Assembly: GCF_028368995.1 (NCBI RefSeq)
Contig: NZ_JAQNDL010000001.1
Coordinates: forward strand, 4,032,001 to 4,096,000
Source: Nannocystis bainbridge
GTDB lineage: Bacteria > Myxococcota_A > Polyangia > Nannocystales > Nannocystaceae
Direction: 5' to 3'
DNA: 64,000 nt
In this document: piece by piece, positions 29,386-40,120 of the stretch
Layout: each line of letters begins with the position of its first letter
How positions within the stretch are numbered: the stretch's first letter is position 1
Made by a program: the position numbers and the translations under genes
The notes under the pieces: model-generated
What the model saw: only the letters and a program-made list of their open reading frames with translations
Told to the model about the DNA's origin: nothing
Database searches by the model: none

Positions 29386-29598
29386 ACGAGCGACCGGCCG
29401 CCTGCACGCCGAGGCGCCTGGCAGCCAGGCGTTTCTACCGCTCTGCGCCGAGCGCGGGCAGACCTCGGCTCAAACCACCGCCCAGCTCTGCGCGTCGACG
29501 CCACCGGGATCCTCCGGTTCGAGGCTCCCGCCTGGCGACGACCGGTGACGTGACCCGATCGTCACGCGCCGTTTCCCTGCGACGGATTCAGATCGTCA

Positions 29599-29868
29599 TC
29601 AACGCGACACGCAGCGCCGCGCGAACACCTCGACGCTGCCCAGCGAATCACCGGTGGCGACGGCCGCGAACGGGTGCCAGCCGGCGGGCAACGCGTCGAC
29701 CGAGGCCGGGTCGTACTGCGTCCAGGCGGAGACCTCCCATTGGCCACAGTCGCCCTCCTCGGCCCACGCGACCGCGGGGCTGCTGTCGAACGGACAGCCG
29801 ACGACGAACACCAGCCCGGCCGCGAAGCCGAGCGCCAGCATCATTCCCGAACGCATGTCGAAGCTCAT
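29599..29868 (-). CDS. Small exported protein/lipoprotein
   Basis: GGAGG RBS; hydrophobic N-terminus ending VVGC; LPAGWHPF motif. Confidence 0.6.
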   Translation of the reverse strand: MSFDMRSGMMLALGFAAGLVFVVGCPFDSSPAVAWAEEGDCGQWEVSAWTQYDPASVDALPAGWHPFAAVATGDSLGSVEVFARRCVSR

Positions 29869-30023
29869 CCCAGGACCTCCATCCGGCGAACCCGCCGCTC
29901 CACGTTCAAGCGGCGCCCGGCCCGAATTATTCCTGTCGCCGCGAACAACGATCCGCAGAGGTCCGCGCCGGTTCGCTGCGCGGCGTCGGTCGGCCGCGCG
30001 CCGCGTGTTACCGTGCTGCGGTC

Positions 30024-30572
30024 ATGAGAGCTCCGCACGACACGCTGACCTCCGAGCGCCTGGTGTTGCGTCGTTACACCGCCGACGACCTCGACCTGCT
30101 GGTGCGCCTGCACACCGATATTCGGGTCATGCGCTTCGCCGGCGGCCTCCAGGACCGGGCCCGCAGCGAGGCGATGATGCGCGAGCGGATCCTCGCCTAC
30201 TACGACCAGCACCCCGGCCTCGGCATCTGGCTGACGAGCGAGCGGGCCACGGGCGCCCCGGTCGGCATGCACCTGCTGAACCACGTCCGCGACGACACGG
30301 TCATCCAGGTCGGCTACCTGCTCTACCCCGAGTACTGGGGCCGCGGCTACGCCACCGAGATGGCCGCGCGCCTGCTGCGATACGGCTTCGCCGAGCTCGG
30401 GCTGCCGCAGATCTCCGCGATCACCGACCTGCCGCACGTCGACTCCCAGCGCGTCCTTTTAAAAGTTGGCCTGCACCGCGACGGCGAGCGCCACTTCCCC
30501 GCGTATGGCGAGGAGCCCCTGGCGTTCTTCACCCGCGACGCCGCGGCCTGGCTCGCCGAGAACCCGACCTGA
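30024..30572 (+). CDS. RimJ/RimL-type GNAT N-acetyltransferase
   Basis: SERLVLRRY, VGYLLYPEYWGRGYATE, SQRVLLKVG. Confidence 0.9.
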   Translation: MRAPHDTLTSERLVLRRYTADDLDLLVRLHTDIRVMRFAGGLQDRARSEAMMRERILAYYDQHPGLGIWLTSERATGAPVGMHLLNHVRDDTVIQVGYLLYPEYWGRGYATEMAARLLRYGFAELGLPQISAITDLPHVDSQRVLLKVGLHRDGERHFPAYGEEPLAFFTRDAAAWLAENPT

Positions 30573-30623
30573 CATGTCCCATCGAGCCTTCGAGCGGCCC
30601 ACTTGCGCTTCGCCCAGCAGCAC

Positions 30624-31175
30624 TCAGAACAACAGAAGGCCAGCAAATACACCGAAATGTGGCAGCGGTACGCCTCCAAGAATGCCGACGATCCGAGCTT
30701 CGCCCCCGACGATGCCCTTGACACGCTCTTGCCGCCGCGCTCCGAGGACGACTCCCAGACGTACCTCTGCTTCGAGTGCGACGAGCGTGGATCGCCAGAG
30801 CATGACGCCACCGCCGAACTGATAGAACAGACGATCACCGGGCCCTCCATATCCAAGGGCAGCCACGTGGTGGCGGTGATAGACCAAGCCGTAGTTCCCC
30901 CCCCAGCTAAAGAACGCCGTACCGCGGTCGGCGCCGCCGACGCTCACCGCGAATTCGTAACCAAGGGCAGTTTTCCACGGTCGATTGTGGCGATCGAAGC
31001 GCGGGCGCAGTGAAGAACCGAGAAAGAGCCCGAGCTCTCCGCCCGGCACACCGGAGACGATGCTCCACTGGACGCTGTAACGGTTGGCAAAGACCAGCTT
31101 GCGCGCGCCCTCCGACGGTGGACCGGCAGAGGGCGCGATGGTGAGCAGCACCGTGAGGGCAGCGAGGACGAGCAT
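30624..31175 (-). CDS. Hypothetical secreted, possibly outer-membrane beta-barrel protein
   Basis: Signal peptide; alternating hydrophobic strands; C-terminal Phe. Confidence 0.6.
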   Translation of the reverse strand: MLVLAALTVLLTIAPSAGPPSEGARKLVFANRYSVQWSIVSGVPGGELGLFLGSSLRPRFDRHNRPWKTALGYEFAVSVGGADRGTAFFSWGGNYGLVYHRHHVAALGYGGPGDRLFYQFGGGVMLWRSTLVALEAEVRLGVVLGARRQERVKGIVGGEARIVGILGGVPLPHFGVFAGLLLF

Positions 31176-31198
31176 CGGCCCGTACAGGATGCCAAGGA

Positions 31199-32644
31199 TC
31201 AGACCGGCGGAACCGTGTGCAAAGACACGGACACGATCCCGTAGAACGGCATCATGTCGATGGTGAGGTTGAGGGTAAGCGGGGCATCGGTGGCGCGGAG
31301 ACTCCCTACGAGCTGATCCGTCTCAACGTTATACGCTCCGTAGCCCGACGTGACTGGCGTCCCGTCCACGATCACGGCGTCCGCCCAAAACTGGGTGTTC
31401 ATGGTGGCGTCGGGGAACGTCACGGTACCTCGGGAGCGGTTCCACGTACCAGTGAACGGAGCGATCGTCTGGAACCCCATGTGCTGCACCTCGAAGAGGC
31501 CCCCCGCACCGGCCGCATCGGAGTAACCCCCCTCGACAGCCTTCGTCAATCCGACAAGACTATCGATGGTGAGCGTACATTGAGCAGGGCTACATGCCGT
31601 GAGCGTATACCCCAGGTAGCCGTGAAAGCTACTTACTCCCGCAGAATCACCCTGTGGCGTGACAAGCGTGGCACTCCCTTCGAATTGATGATAGGCACCG
31701 TCCTTAGGAAGGAGCGCTTCGCCGTCGCACTCCCAGCCGGAGAGCGTGGACTTCAACACGGGCCGTTCTCCGCTCGGGTTTCCGGTGATCGATACGCCAC
31801 TGGAGTTGACGTAGCTGCCATCCAGATCACAGTCAATACTCCCCACGATGGCGCAGTCCGGGTCGACCGCACAAGCTTCTTCCATACCCTTGCGGTACTC
31901 TTTGCAATCATCTTCGCAGATGCTCGCCGCGTCGGCTTCACTGAGACCCATCACGCATTTGGAATAGTGGTATGGCGTCCCGTCCACCTCAACCCGGCTC
32001 CAACAATTATCCCAAAGCGAATGGGTCAGCTGATTCGCATCCGTCCACGGGTCGGGATACGTCGGATATTCTGCCAAAGCACTGTCGGGCTGAAGATTTG
32101 CGCACTTCCACGGGGACTGCATGCTACAAATGTATTTCGCTCGGCCGTCTTCCGGTCCTGTCGTGCTCGTCGGCTCGTCCGTGGTCGAGCCCGTGGTCGT
32201 GGTCGTTCCGCCCGTAGTAGGGTCCGTGGCGGACGCGGAAGACTGACCGCTCCCGGCCGAGCCCATGGAGTAGCAGGCGTTGTCATTTTCAGACTGTGGC
32301 GGAAAGTCCTTCGACTGCTGATGGCCGCCAGCACCGAGACAACTCCCTTCCTGCCAATCACTCTGGCCTGCAAACCCGTCTGGGTTCGAAAACTTTGCGA
32401 TATCGGAAGATTCTTGGGAGGTGAACACGTTCCAAGCGCAGAACTCCTGGAGATCTGGGAAACTGTTCTTGCAAAAATCCTGGTTTTTGTAGCAAAAGGT
32501 AGCCGTCTTCAACTCTGGGCCGCCAGGTGTCTCTTCCTTCCACTCACATGTGAGGATCGTATAGTCCTTTGGCGCCCCACACCCCATGATAGCGAAGGCA
32601 CCCACGAAAAGCGCAATCTTGCACGAAGTAGCGTTGTGTGTCAT
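31199..32644 (-). CDS. Cys-rich hypothetical lipoprotein (lower GC)
   Basis: GAGGA RBS; lipobox IMGC; Thr-rich linker; atypical codon usage. Confidence 0.8.
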   Translation of the reverse strand: MTHNATSCKIALFVGAFAIMGCGAPKDYTILTCEWKEETPGGPELKTATFCYKNQDFCKNSFPDLQEFCAWNVFTSQESSDIAKFSNPDGFAGQSDWQEGSCLGAGGHQQSKDFPPQSENDNACYSMGSAGSGQSSASATDPTTGGTTTTTGSTTDEPTSTTGPEDGRAKYICSMQSPWKCANLQPDSALAEYPTYPDPWTDANQLTHSLWDNCWSRVEVDGTPYHYSKCVMGLSEADAASICEDDCKEYRKGMEEACAVDPDCAIVGSIDCDLDGSYVNSSGVSITGNPSGERPVLKSTLSGWECDGEALLPKDGAYHQFEGSATLVTPQGDSAGVSSFHGYLGYTLTACSPAQCTLTIDSLVGLTKAVEGGYSDAAGAGGLFEVQHMGFQTIAPFTGTWNRSRGTVTFPDATMNTQFWADAVIVDGTPVTSGYGAYNVETDQLVGSLRATDAPLTLNLTIDMMPFYGIVSVSLHTVPPV

Positions 32645-32786
32645 GCAGTCCTCACGGTCAGTCTAACATGGGGGCTGGCGCTCCACTCGCCCGCCTTCAC
32701 GTGCGAAACATCCGTGAGATGGTTTTAACGACAGTGTTTTCGTGACTCGATCTCCTCAGAAATAGGTGATATACCATGGAAACTCC

Positions 32787-33854
32787 ATGATGCGGATTTG
32801 CTCGTTCATCGCGTTGATCGCCATCGCCCCGATGGCGTGTCTGCCGAACTACGAACAATCTCAGGGAGAGCGCGTGCTCTACGAGCATAGCGAGGGGCTT
32901 TACCCTTGCGCGGGCACCGCTCACTACGTAGACCGAGTCGTCCCATTCCTTGAGAAGCAGTTGGCGTTCCGTGCCCCCGAACGGCTAAGGTTCTCGTGGA
33001 TCGCGGCGAGCGATTCATGGATGCCGCTCGGGGTGCCGACCCTCGCCAGGGCTGTGGGCGACCATGCATGGGCGACCGATCCGATTCATATTCACGAGCT
33101 CACCCATGTCATCACCGGAGGGATGCCCGCGATGTTCTTCTCCGAGGGGATTGCCACGGCCGTAGATCTGCTCGATGATGACGTCGGACCGCGGTATGTA
33201 TGGTCCGACTCCGCCCTCGCCGAACCGGCATGGGACCCGCGGACGACGATGACGGCCACGAATCCCAGCGACGTGAACTATGAGACCGCTGCTGTGTTCG
33301 TCACATTTCTCATCGTCCGCTACGGCCCCGAGCGCTTTCATGAATTCTATCGCAGCCTCGGGGGGCCAGTGACGATGCCGTGGCTCCAAAGGCAGTTTCG
33401 GCGCGCATACGGGCTCGAGCTTGCCGACGAAATTGCGACCTTCCGCGAGAGGATTCCGCCGTGCGAGGCGGACGCCCACCCCTTGAATGTACACGAGTGC
33501 TCCGGGCCGAGCATTGACTGGAGCTCTGAAAAGTTGTGGGAGCACGAGGTGTCGATGGCCTGTGACGCTCCGGGCGTCGTCGGAGGAATCGGCCCGGACT
33601 GGGTGTGGCCGAGTTTTTATGCGGTCACGCTCGAGGTCCCGGAACGAGGATACTACACCCTCTGGCTCGATAACACCGAGGTCACGGCGCGCTTCGGTCC
33701 GTGCTTCGGCTGCCCCTGGGAGCCGCACGACGTCTTCCTCGCGCGCGAGACTTCGGAGCGCACGATGGTCCTTGAACCGGGGACCTACTATTTGCGGGTC
33801 AACTCGCAGTCGGATGAATCGCCGGCCGTGACGGTGCGATTGCAGCGGCAGTAA
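32787..33854 (+). CDS. HExxH (gluzincin-like) metallopeptidase lipoprotein
   Basis: Lipobox PMAC; HELTH...FFSEGIA; Y..AAVFVTFLI.RYG. Confidence 0.75.
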   Translation: MMRICSFIALIAIAPMACLPNYEQSQGERVLYEHSEGLYPCAGTAHYVDRVVPFLEKQLAFRAPERLRFSWIAASDSWMPLGVPTLARAVGDHAWATDPIHIHELTHVITGGMPAMFFSEGIATAVDLLDDDVGPRYVWSDSALAEPAWDPRTTMTATNPSDVNYETAAVFVTFLIVRYGPERFHEFYRSLGGPVTMPWLQRQFRRAYGLELADEIATFRERIPPCEADAHPLNVHECSGPSIDWSSEKLWEHEVSMACDAPGVVGGIGPDWVWPSFYAVTLEVPERGYYTLWLDNTEVTARFGPCFGCPWEPHDVFLARETSERTMVLEPGTYYLRVNSQSDESPAVTVRLQRQ

Positions 33855-33937
33855 ACCGCCGGCACGTCTCGTCTGCAACCGTCCGATCCGGCCGGCGCGG
33901 GCCATATCATGGTTCGCTACGATTTCACGAGCTGTCG

Positions 33938-35779
33938 TCAGCGCGGCGAGGACAGCTGGAAGCGGTAGTCCTCGGCCGCCTCGTCGATCGCTCGCAGGTA
34001 GTTCTCGGGGTCGAGCTCCGCCTTGAGCTCGTCCGACAGCGGGAAGATCATCGGCGAAGGCTCGTACGAACATGGCCTTCCGGACGGGTCGACCACGCGG
34101 CCCTCGTGCAGCGCGCGCGCGGCCTCGGCCAGGCTCGCGCCGGGCATCGCCTCGCGGACCGCACGCATGCGCGCGCCGGCGCGGGGGTCGACGAAGCGCA
34201 GCCGCTTCTGCCACTGGACCGCCAGGTGGTACTGCGACGGCGTCACCACCAGGCCGGCCAGGCCGACCCGCTCGCAGGCGATGATCAACAGCGCGACGGT
34301 CTCCTCGAACAGGCCGAGGCCGGGGTGGCGCTGGCCGGGCAGCGCGGGCCTGTCCGCGGAGAAGTGCTCGCGCGGGTTCTGCAGCAGCAGCCAGTCGATC
34401 GCCAGCAGCTCGAAGCCGGGCACGGTGCGACGGTCGCGGCGCACGACCAGCTCGAACAGCAGCTCCTTGTGCTCGGCGTCGCCGAAGATCTTGAGGATGT
34501 GCCGCTGCGGATCGACGAGGTTGAACTCGAGCGACGGCTGAAAGCCCTTGCCGCGCAGGCGGCCGAGGAAGCCGTGGCGCTCGAGCGCCAATTCGAGGCC
34601 CTGGCGCGAGTAGTAGCCCAAAAACCGCGGCTCGCGGGCGGTCGCGGCCAGGCTCGGCACCAGGTCCTCGAGCGTGAGCCCGAGGTCGTCGCCCTCGCCC
34701 GTCAGCTCGGCCGGCTTGAGCAGCGCCGCGTAGTGACGGGCGCGCATCAGCGTCAGCTCGTCGTTGTCGGGCGGCTCGAACCCGCGGTGGCCGCTCTGCA
34801 GCCACGCGAAGCTGCGCGCGCTGTGCTGCCAGGTGCTCGGCCCGTAGCCGCCGGCGAGGCAGACCACCACCGCGGCGTCGGGCGCGAACGCGCGGATCGC
34901 CTCGAACACGGCGATGTCGCGGCCCAGCATGCCCTCGGCGCTGATCTGCCACACGCCGATCTTGTCGCCGGCGGCCGGGTCGGTGCCGGCGAGGAAGTAG
35001 ATGAGCCGCGGCCGGTGCTGCCGCAGGGCCTCGGTCAGGTGCAGCTGCACCGTCTCGAGGTAGAGCGTGTCGCCGACGACGTCGCCGAGCGCGACGCTGG
35101 TCGACGCGACCGCCTCGGTGGCGCCCCAGTGTTGGTTGTGGATCGACAGCGTGAACACGCTGGGGTCGTCGGCGAACAGCGAGCGCGTGCCGTCGCCGTC
35201 GTGCTGGTCGAGGTCGACGACGAGGATGCGCTCGTGGAAGCCGAGCGCGCGCTGCTCGGCGATCGCCACCGCGACGTCGTGGAACACGCAGAAGCCACGC
35301 CCGCGCCCGCGCTGGGCGTGGTGGAACCCGCCGCCGAGGTTGACGGCGATCTTGCCGGTGCCGAGCGCGATGTCGGTGGCGAGCATGGTGCCGCCGGTCA
35401 TGGCCCGCTGCAGGTCGAGGATCCGCGCCGTGTCGACCTCGCTGACCTCGAGCCCGCCGAGGATGTCGACCATGACCTCGGGGCGCTGACAGGCGTCGAG
35501 GTAGGCGTCGTCGTGGACCCGCCGGATCGCGTGGTACGTGGCCAGCGACGGCCGCCGCACCTGCTCGAAGGTGACGAGGCCCTCGGCCGCCAGCGCGGTG
35601 AGGATCCGTTCGCCGCGCACCTCGTCGACCTCGGAGCCCGGCCACGAACACTCGTAATGCGGGCCGTAGACGAACGTGGCCGGGGGCGGGCGCAGGCGCG
35701 CGAACATCTGATTGGCGCGGCGCCGCAAATGACGAAAGATCTTCTCGCCGGTCGTCATCGCCGGGCGGATGGTTGGCAT
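33938..35779 (-). CDS. Zn-dependent histone deacetylase-family protein with C-terminal GNAT-like domain
   Basis: GGGFHHA, GFC, DLDQHDGDGT, GTD..AGD, GGY; only the 3' part of the 1371-aa track ORF is real (start 35779 or 35758). Confidence 0.85.
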   Translation of the reverse strand: MPTIRPAMTTGEKIFRHLRRRANQMFARLRPPPATFVYGPHYECSWPGSEVDEVRGERILTALAAEGLVTFEQVRRPSLATYHAIRRVHDDAYLDACQRPEVMVDILGGLEVSEVDTARILDLQRAMTGGTMLATDIALGTGKIAVNLGGGFHHAQRGRGRGFCVFHDVAVAIAEQRALGFHERILVVDLDQHDGDGTRSLFADDPSVFTLSIHNQHWGATEAVASTSVALGDVVGDTLYLETVQLHLTEALRQHRPRLIYFLAGTDPAAGDKIGVWQISAEGMLGRDIAVFEAIRAFAPDAAVVVCLAGGYGPSTWQHSARSFAWLQSGHRGFEPPDNDELTLMRARHYAALLKPAELTGEGDDLGLTLEDLVPSLAATAREPRFLGYYSRQGLELALERHGFLGRLRGKGFQPSLEFNLVDPQRHILKIFGDAEHKELLFELVVRRDRRTVPGFELLAIDWLLLQNPREHFSADRPALPGQRHPGLGLFEETVALLIIACERVGLAGLVVTPSQYHLAVQWQKRLRFVDPRAGARMRAVREAMPGASLAEAARALHEGRVVDPSGRPCSYEPSPMIFPLSDELKAELDPENYLRAIDEAAEDYRFQLSSPR

Positions 35780-35830
35780 GTAACCAGTGGTTTGGCAACG
35801 CTCGCCCGGCCCGCTACGCTGCTCGCTGCG

Positions 35831-36514
35831 ATGCACGTCTCGCTTCAACGGCTCGTCGCCGGCGCCCTGCTCGGGCTCCACTGGACTTTTGGGACAGGTT
35901 GTGCTGCGCCGCGCGAGGCGACCATCGTGCGCGAGCTGCCGCCCGTCGACTGGCTGGCCGCTCGCATGGACGAGCTGGCGCGCGTCGACCTGCTGCGCAA
36001 CGCACCGCCGCTGGCCCAGGCCCGGCTGGGGTCCCTCGACAGCGAGCTGCGGGTGTGGATCCGGACCCCGGCGCGGCGCGCTCTGGTCGAGCTGCGCAGC
36101 GGCGCCGACGGTGTCACCGGCGAGATGTGGGTGTTCTGGTCGGCGCCGTCGCAAGCGGAGGACGACGGCATCTACGCCGAGTACCGCGACTGGATCGCGT
36201 GCGGCGACCGGCGCACCGGCCACGGCCTCGGGATGTGCCGGCCGCAGCCGCGTGAGCCGGTCGACTGGGCGCTGGTGGCGGCCAAGCTGCAACCGGCGTG
36301 GAAGCTGCCCGATCAGGCGAAGTTCGCGCCTCCGGGCGAGTTCGACGGGCAGCTGATGATCATCGAGCGACGCGAGGGCCGCACCGGCGAGGTCGTGCAC
36401 TGGGACATCGCCTGGCCGATCGCGGCGGGCCCCGGGCGCAAGGAGTCGGCGATGGCCGAGGAGGTCTGGGAGGCGCTGTGGGACACGATATCCCTGGCGG
36501 AGCGGCCCGAGTGA
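35831..36514 (+). CDS. Hypothetical lipoprotein
   Basis: MHVSLQRLVAGALLGLHWTFGTGC signal/lipobox; fills the gap before oxoprolinase. Confidence 0.6.
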   Translation: MHVSLQRLVAGALLGLHWTFGTGCAAPREATIVRELPPVDWLAARMDELARVDLLRNAPPLAQARLGSLDSELRVWIRTPARRALVELRSGADGVTGEMWVFWSAPSQAEDDGIYAEYRDWIACGDRRTGHGLGMCRPQPREPVDWALVAAKLQPAWKLPDQAKFAPPGEFDGQLMIIERREGRTGEVVHWDIAWPIAAGPGRKESAMAEEVWEALWDTISLAERPE

Positions 36515-36547
36515 GCGGCGCGGCGGTGACGTGGTAAGGAGACCGCG

Positions 36548-39500
36548 ATGCGCGAGGAGTCGTGGGAGTTCTGGATCGATCGCGGCGGGACGTTCACCGA
36601 CTGCGTCGGCCGGGCGCCCGGGACCGGCCGGCTGCGCGCTATCAAGGTGCTGTCGACCGACGACGCGCCGCTGCGGGCGATCCGCGGGCTGCTCGGCCTC
36701 GGCGACCACGAGCCTATCCCGCGGTGCCAAATCCGCCTCGGCACCACCGTCGCCACCAACGCCCTGCTCGAGCGCAAGGGCGCGCCCACGGCCCTGCTCA
36801 TCACCCGCGGCTTCGCCGACCTGCTCGAGATCGGCGACCAGGCCCGACCGGAGTTGTTCGCGCTGGCGATCCACAAGCCGCCGCCGCTGGCCGCGACGAC
36901 CTGCGAGGTCGACGCGCGGCGGGCCGCCGACGGTGCAGTGATTGTGTCCCCCGAGACAGGTGCTTTGGAGCATGTCCTGAGGGACATCCATGATCGCGGC
37001 GTCCGCAGCGCGGCGGTCGCGGTGATCCACGATCACCGCGACGGCGGGCTCGAGCGGATCGTCGGGGCGGCGGCGCGGGCAGCCGGGTTCGAGGAGGTGG
37101 TGCTGTCGCACGAGGTCGCGCCGGCGCAGGGGCTGCTGGCGCGGGCCGAGACCGCGGTGGTCGACGCTTACCTGACGCCGCTGCTGCGGGCCTACGTGCG
37201 CGGGCTGCAGGCGCGCCTGGGCCCGGCGGCGGCGCTGCAGCTGATGCAGTCGAGCGGCGACCTGTGCGCGGCGGAGCGGTTCCGCGGGCGCGACGCGGTG
37301 CTGTCGGGACCGGCCGGCGGAGCAGTGGCGTGCGCGGCGATCGCTGCGCGGCTGGGGCTGTCGCAGGTGATCGGGTTCGACATGGGCGGGACTTCGACCG
37401 ACGTGGTCCGCTGGGGCGGCGAGCTCGAGCGCAGCTACGAGACGCGGGTCGCCGGGGTCCGCCTGCGCACGCCGATGCTGGCGGTCCACACGATCGCGGC
37501 CGGCGGCGGCTCGGTCTGCAGGTACCGCGATCGCAAGCTGGCCGTCGGGCCCGACAGCGCCGGCGCCGACCCGGGGCCGCTGTGCTACGGGCGAGCGAGC
37601 GCGCAGGCGTTGACGCTGACCGACGTCGACCTCGCGCTCGGCCGCCTGCACCCGGCCCGCTTCCCGTTCGCGCTCGACCGCGAGCGCGCGTTCGCGGGGC
37701 TCGAGGCGCTGGCGGCGGAGGTGAACGCCGGCGGGGCCGCGATGTCGCCGCTGCAGGTCGCCGAGGGGCTGCGGCAGATCGCCGACGAGCGCATGGCGGC
37801 GGCGATCCGCGACGTCACGGTGCGGCGCGGCCACGACGTCCGCAAGCACGCGCTGGTGGTGTTCGGCGGGGCCGGGGGTCAGCACGCGTGCGCGGTGGCG
37901 CGGGCGCTGCAGATCCGCACGCTGGTGTTCCATCCGCTCGCGGGGGTGCTGTCGGCCTTCGGCATCGGCGCGGCCCGGCCCGGCTGGCACGGTCAGGCGG
38001 ACGTCGGCGGGCTCGAGCTCGCGGAGTCCCTGGAACTTTCGGACATGTTCCAAAGGCTAGAGGACGAGGGCCGGGCGGCGCTGGCGGCCGAGGGCGCGCG
38101 CGAGGTCTCGGCGGTGCGGCGGGTCGACCTGCGCTACCGCGGGACCCATGTGGCGCTGACGGTCGCGTGGGGTTTGGGTCTGCGCGCGGCGTTCGAGCAG
38201 GCCCACGCGCGCGAGTTCGGCTACGCCCGGCCGGACCACCCGATCGAGGTGGTCAGCGCGCGGGTCGAGCTGCGGGTCGACGACGAGGCGGTCGGCGGTC
38301 ACCTGCCTGAAGAGACAGATGATTCCGACGTACCTGACCGTTCGGACATGTGGGTCGCGGGCGAGTGGCAGCGGGTGCCGACGCTGCGGCGCGAGGCGAT
38401 CGCGGCCGGGCAGGTGATCGTGGGGCCGGCGCTGATCCTCGACGCGACGGCGACGATCGTGCTCGAGCCCGGCTTCGTCGCCGAGCTGGCGGCCGACGGC
38501 TGCCTGGTCGCGCGCGACCTCACCGGCGTCGAGGTCGTCGCCGCCGGCAGCATCGACCCCGTCAGCCTCGAGATCATGGGTGCGCGGATCTCCGGCATCG
38601 CTCGCCACATGGGCGTCGTGCTGCAGCGGACCGCGCTGTCGACCAACATCCGCGAGCGGCTCGATTTCTCGTGCGCGGTGTTCGACGCCGGAGGCGGCCT
38701 GGTGGCCAACGCGCCGCACATCCCGGTCCACCTCGGGGCGATGAGCGAGTCGATCCGCGGGGTGCTGGCGGCCCACCCGGCGCCGCGGCAGGGCGACGTG
38801 TTCGTCACCAACGACCCCGCGGCCGGTGGTTCGCACTTGCCCGACATCACCGTGATCGCGCCGGTGCACGACGACGCGGGGGCGCTGTGCGGGTTCGTGG
38901 CCAACCGCGGGCACCACGCCGACGTCGGCGGCATCACGCCCGGGTCGATGCCGCCCGACGCGCGCACGCTGGCCGAGGAGGGCGTGGTGTTCCGCGCGTT
39001 CCCTGCGGTGCGCGGCGGGCGGTTCGACCGCGCGGGGGTGCTGGCGATCCTGTCCGAAGGGCCATGGCCGGCGCGGCGGCCGGAGGAGAACCTGGCCGAC
39101 CTCGAGGCGCAGATCGCCGCCAACCAGGCGGGCGCGCGGCTGCTGCGGGAGCTGGCGACGAGCATCGGCCCGGAGGCGCTGGCGAGCCACCTGCGGGCGA
39201 TCCAGGACGACGCGGCGGCCTGCGTCGGCGAGCTGGTCGCGCGCATGCCGGCGGGCCCGCGCACGTTCGTCGACGCGCTCGACGACGGCACGGCGATCGC
39301 GGTGACGCTGACGCGCCACGGGTCGCGGCTCGCGGTCGACTTCACCGGCACGGGGCCGCAGTCGGCGAGCAACGCCAATGCGCCGCGCGCGGTCACGGTG
39401 TCGGCGCTGCTGTACGTGCTGCGCGTGCTGGCGGGGCGACCGATCCCGCTGGCGTCGGGCTGCCTGCGCGCGGTCGACCTGGCGCTGCCGGCGGGCACGA

Positions 39501-40078
39501 TCCTGTCCCCGGGGCCAGGTGCGGCGGTGGCCTCGGGCAACGTCGAGACGGCGCAGCGCGTGGTCGATGTGCTGCTCGGCGCGCTGGGGGCCGCGGCCGC
39601 CAGCCAGGGGACGATGAACAACCTGAGCTTCGGCGACGCGAGCTTCGGTTACTATGAGACGATCGGCGGCGGCAGCGGCGCGATCGCGGGCGAGGCCGGC
39701 GCGTCCGGGGTGCACACGCACATGACGAACACGCGGATCACCGACCCGGAGGTGCTCGAGGCGCGATTTCCGGTGCGCGTGCATCGGTTCGCGCTGCGCC
39801 GCGGTTCGGGGGGGATCGGGCGCTGGCGCGGGGGCGACGGGCTCGTGCGCGAACTCGAATTCCTGCGCGGGGGGATCGAAGTCTCGATCGTGGCGGAGCG
39901 CCGCGGGCGAGCGCCGTTCGGGCTGGCAGGCGGCGCTGCGGGGGCGTGCGGGCGCAATCTGCTGGACGGGGCGGAGCTGCCTGGACGCGCGCGGACCACG
40001 GTGCAGGCCGGCCAGCGGCTCACGATCGAGACGCCCGGGGGCGGTGGGCACGGCGAACCGGGCTCCGGCGCGGGCTGA
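36548..40078 (+). CDS. ATP-dependent 5-oxoprolinase (fused hydantoinase A/B)
   Basis: [62 protein letters not shown]. Confidence 0.95.
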   Translation: MREESWEFWIDRGGTFTDCVGRAPGTGRLRAIKVLSTDDAPLRAIRGLLGLGDHEPIPRCQIRLGTTVATNALLERKGAPTALLITRGFADLLEIGDQARPELFALAIHKPPPLAATTCEVDARRAADGAVIVSPETGALEHVLRDIHDRGVRSAAVAVIHDHRDGGLERIVGAAARAAGFEEVVLSHEVAPAQGLLARAETAVVDAYLTPLLRAYVRGLQARLGPAAALQLMQSSGDLCAAERFRGRDAVLSGPAGGAVACAAIAARLGLSQVIGFDMGGTSTDVVRWGGELERSYETRVAGVRLRTPMLAVHTIAAGGGSVCRYRDRKLAVGPDSAGADPGPLCYGRASAQALTLTDVDLALGRLHPARFPFALDRERAFAGLEALAAEVNAGGAAMSPLQVAEGLRQIADERMAAAIRDVTVRRGHDVRKHALVVFGGAGGQHACAVARALQIRTLVFHPLAGVLSAFGIGAARPGWHGQADVGGLELAESLELSDMFQRLEDEGRAALAAEGAREVSAVRRVDLRYRGTHVALTVAWGLGLRAAFEQAHAREFGYARPDHPIEVVSARVELRVDDEAVGGHLPEETDDSDVPDRSDMWVAGEWQRVPTLRREAIAAGQVIVGPALILDATATIVLEPGFVAELAADGCLVARDLTGVEVVAAGSIDPVSLEIMGARISGIARHMGVVLQRTALSTNIRERLDFSCAVFDAGGGLVANAPHIPVHLGAMSESIRGVLAAHPAPRQGDVFVTNDPAAGGSHLPDITVIAPVHDDAGALCGFVANRGHHADVGGITPGSMPPDARTLAEEGVVFRAFPAVRGGRFDRAGVLAILSEGPWPARRPEENLADLEAQIAANQAGARLLRELATSIGPEALASHLRAIQDDAAACVGELVARMPAGPRTFVDALDDGTAIAVTLTRHGSRLAVDFTGTGPQSASNANAPRAVTVSALLYVLRVLAGRPIPLASGCLRAVDLALPAGTILSPGPGAAVASGNVETAQRVVDVLLGALGAAAASQGTMNNLSFGDASFGYYETIGGGSGAIAGEAGASGVHTHMTNTRITDPEVLEARFPVRVHRFALRRGSGGIGRWRGGDGLVRELEFLRGGIEVSIVAERRGRAPFGLAGGAAGACGRNLLDGAELPGRARTTVQAGQRLTIETPGGGGHGEPGSGAG

Positions 40079-40120
40079 GGGGTTTTGCAGGGCCGGGGGG
40101 CTTGGGCTACCTTGCGGCCG

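Noticed and set aside
35780-38053. N-terminal 758 aa of the 1371-aa track ORF
   Set aside because: Antisense to oxoprolinase and the 35831 gene; only the HDAC part is real
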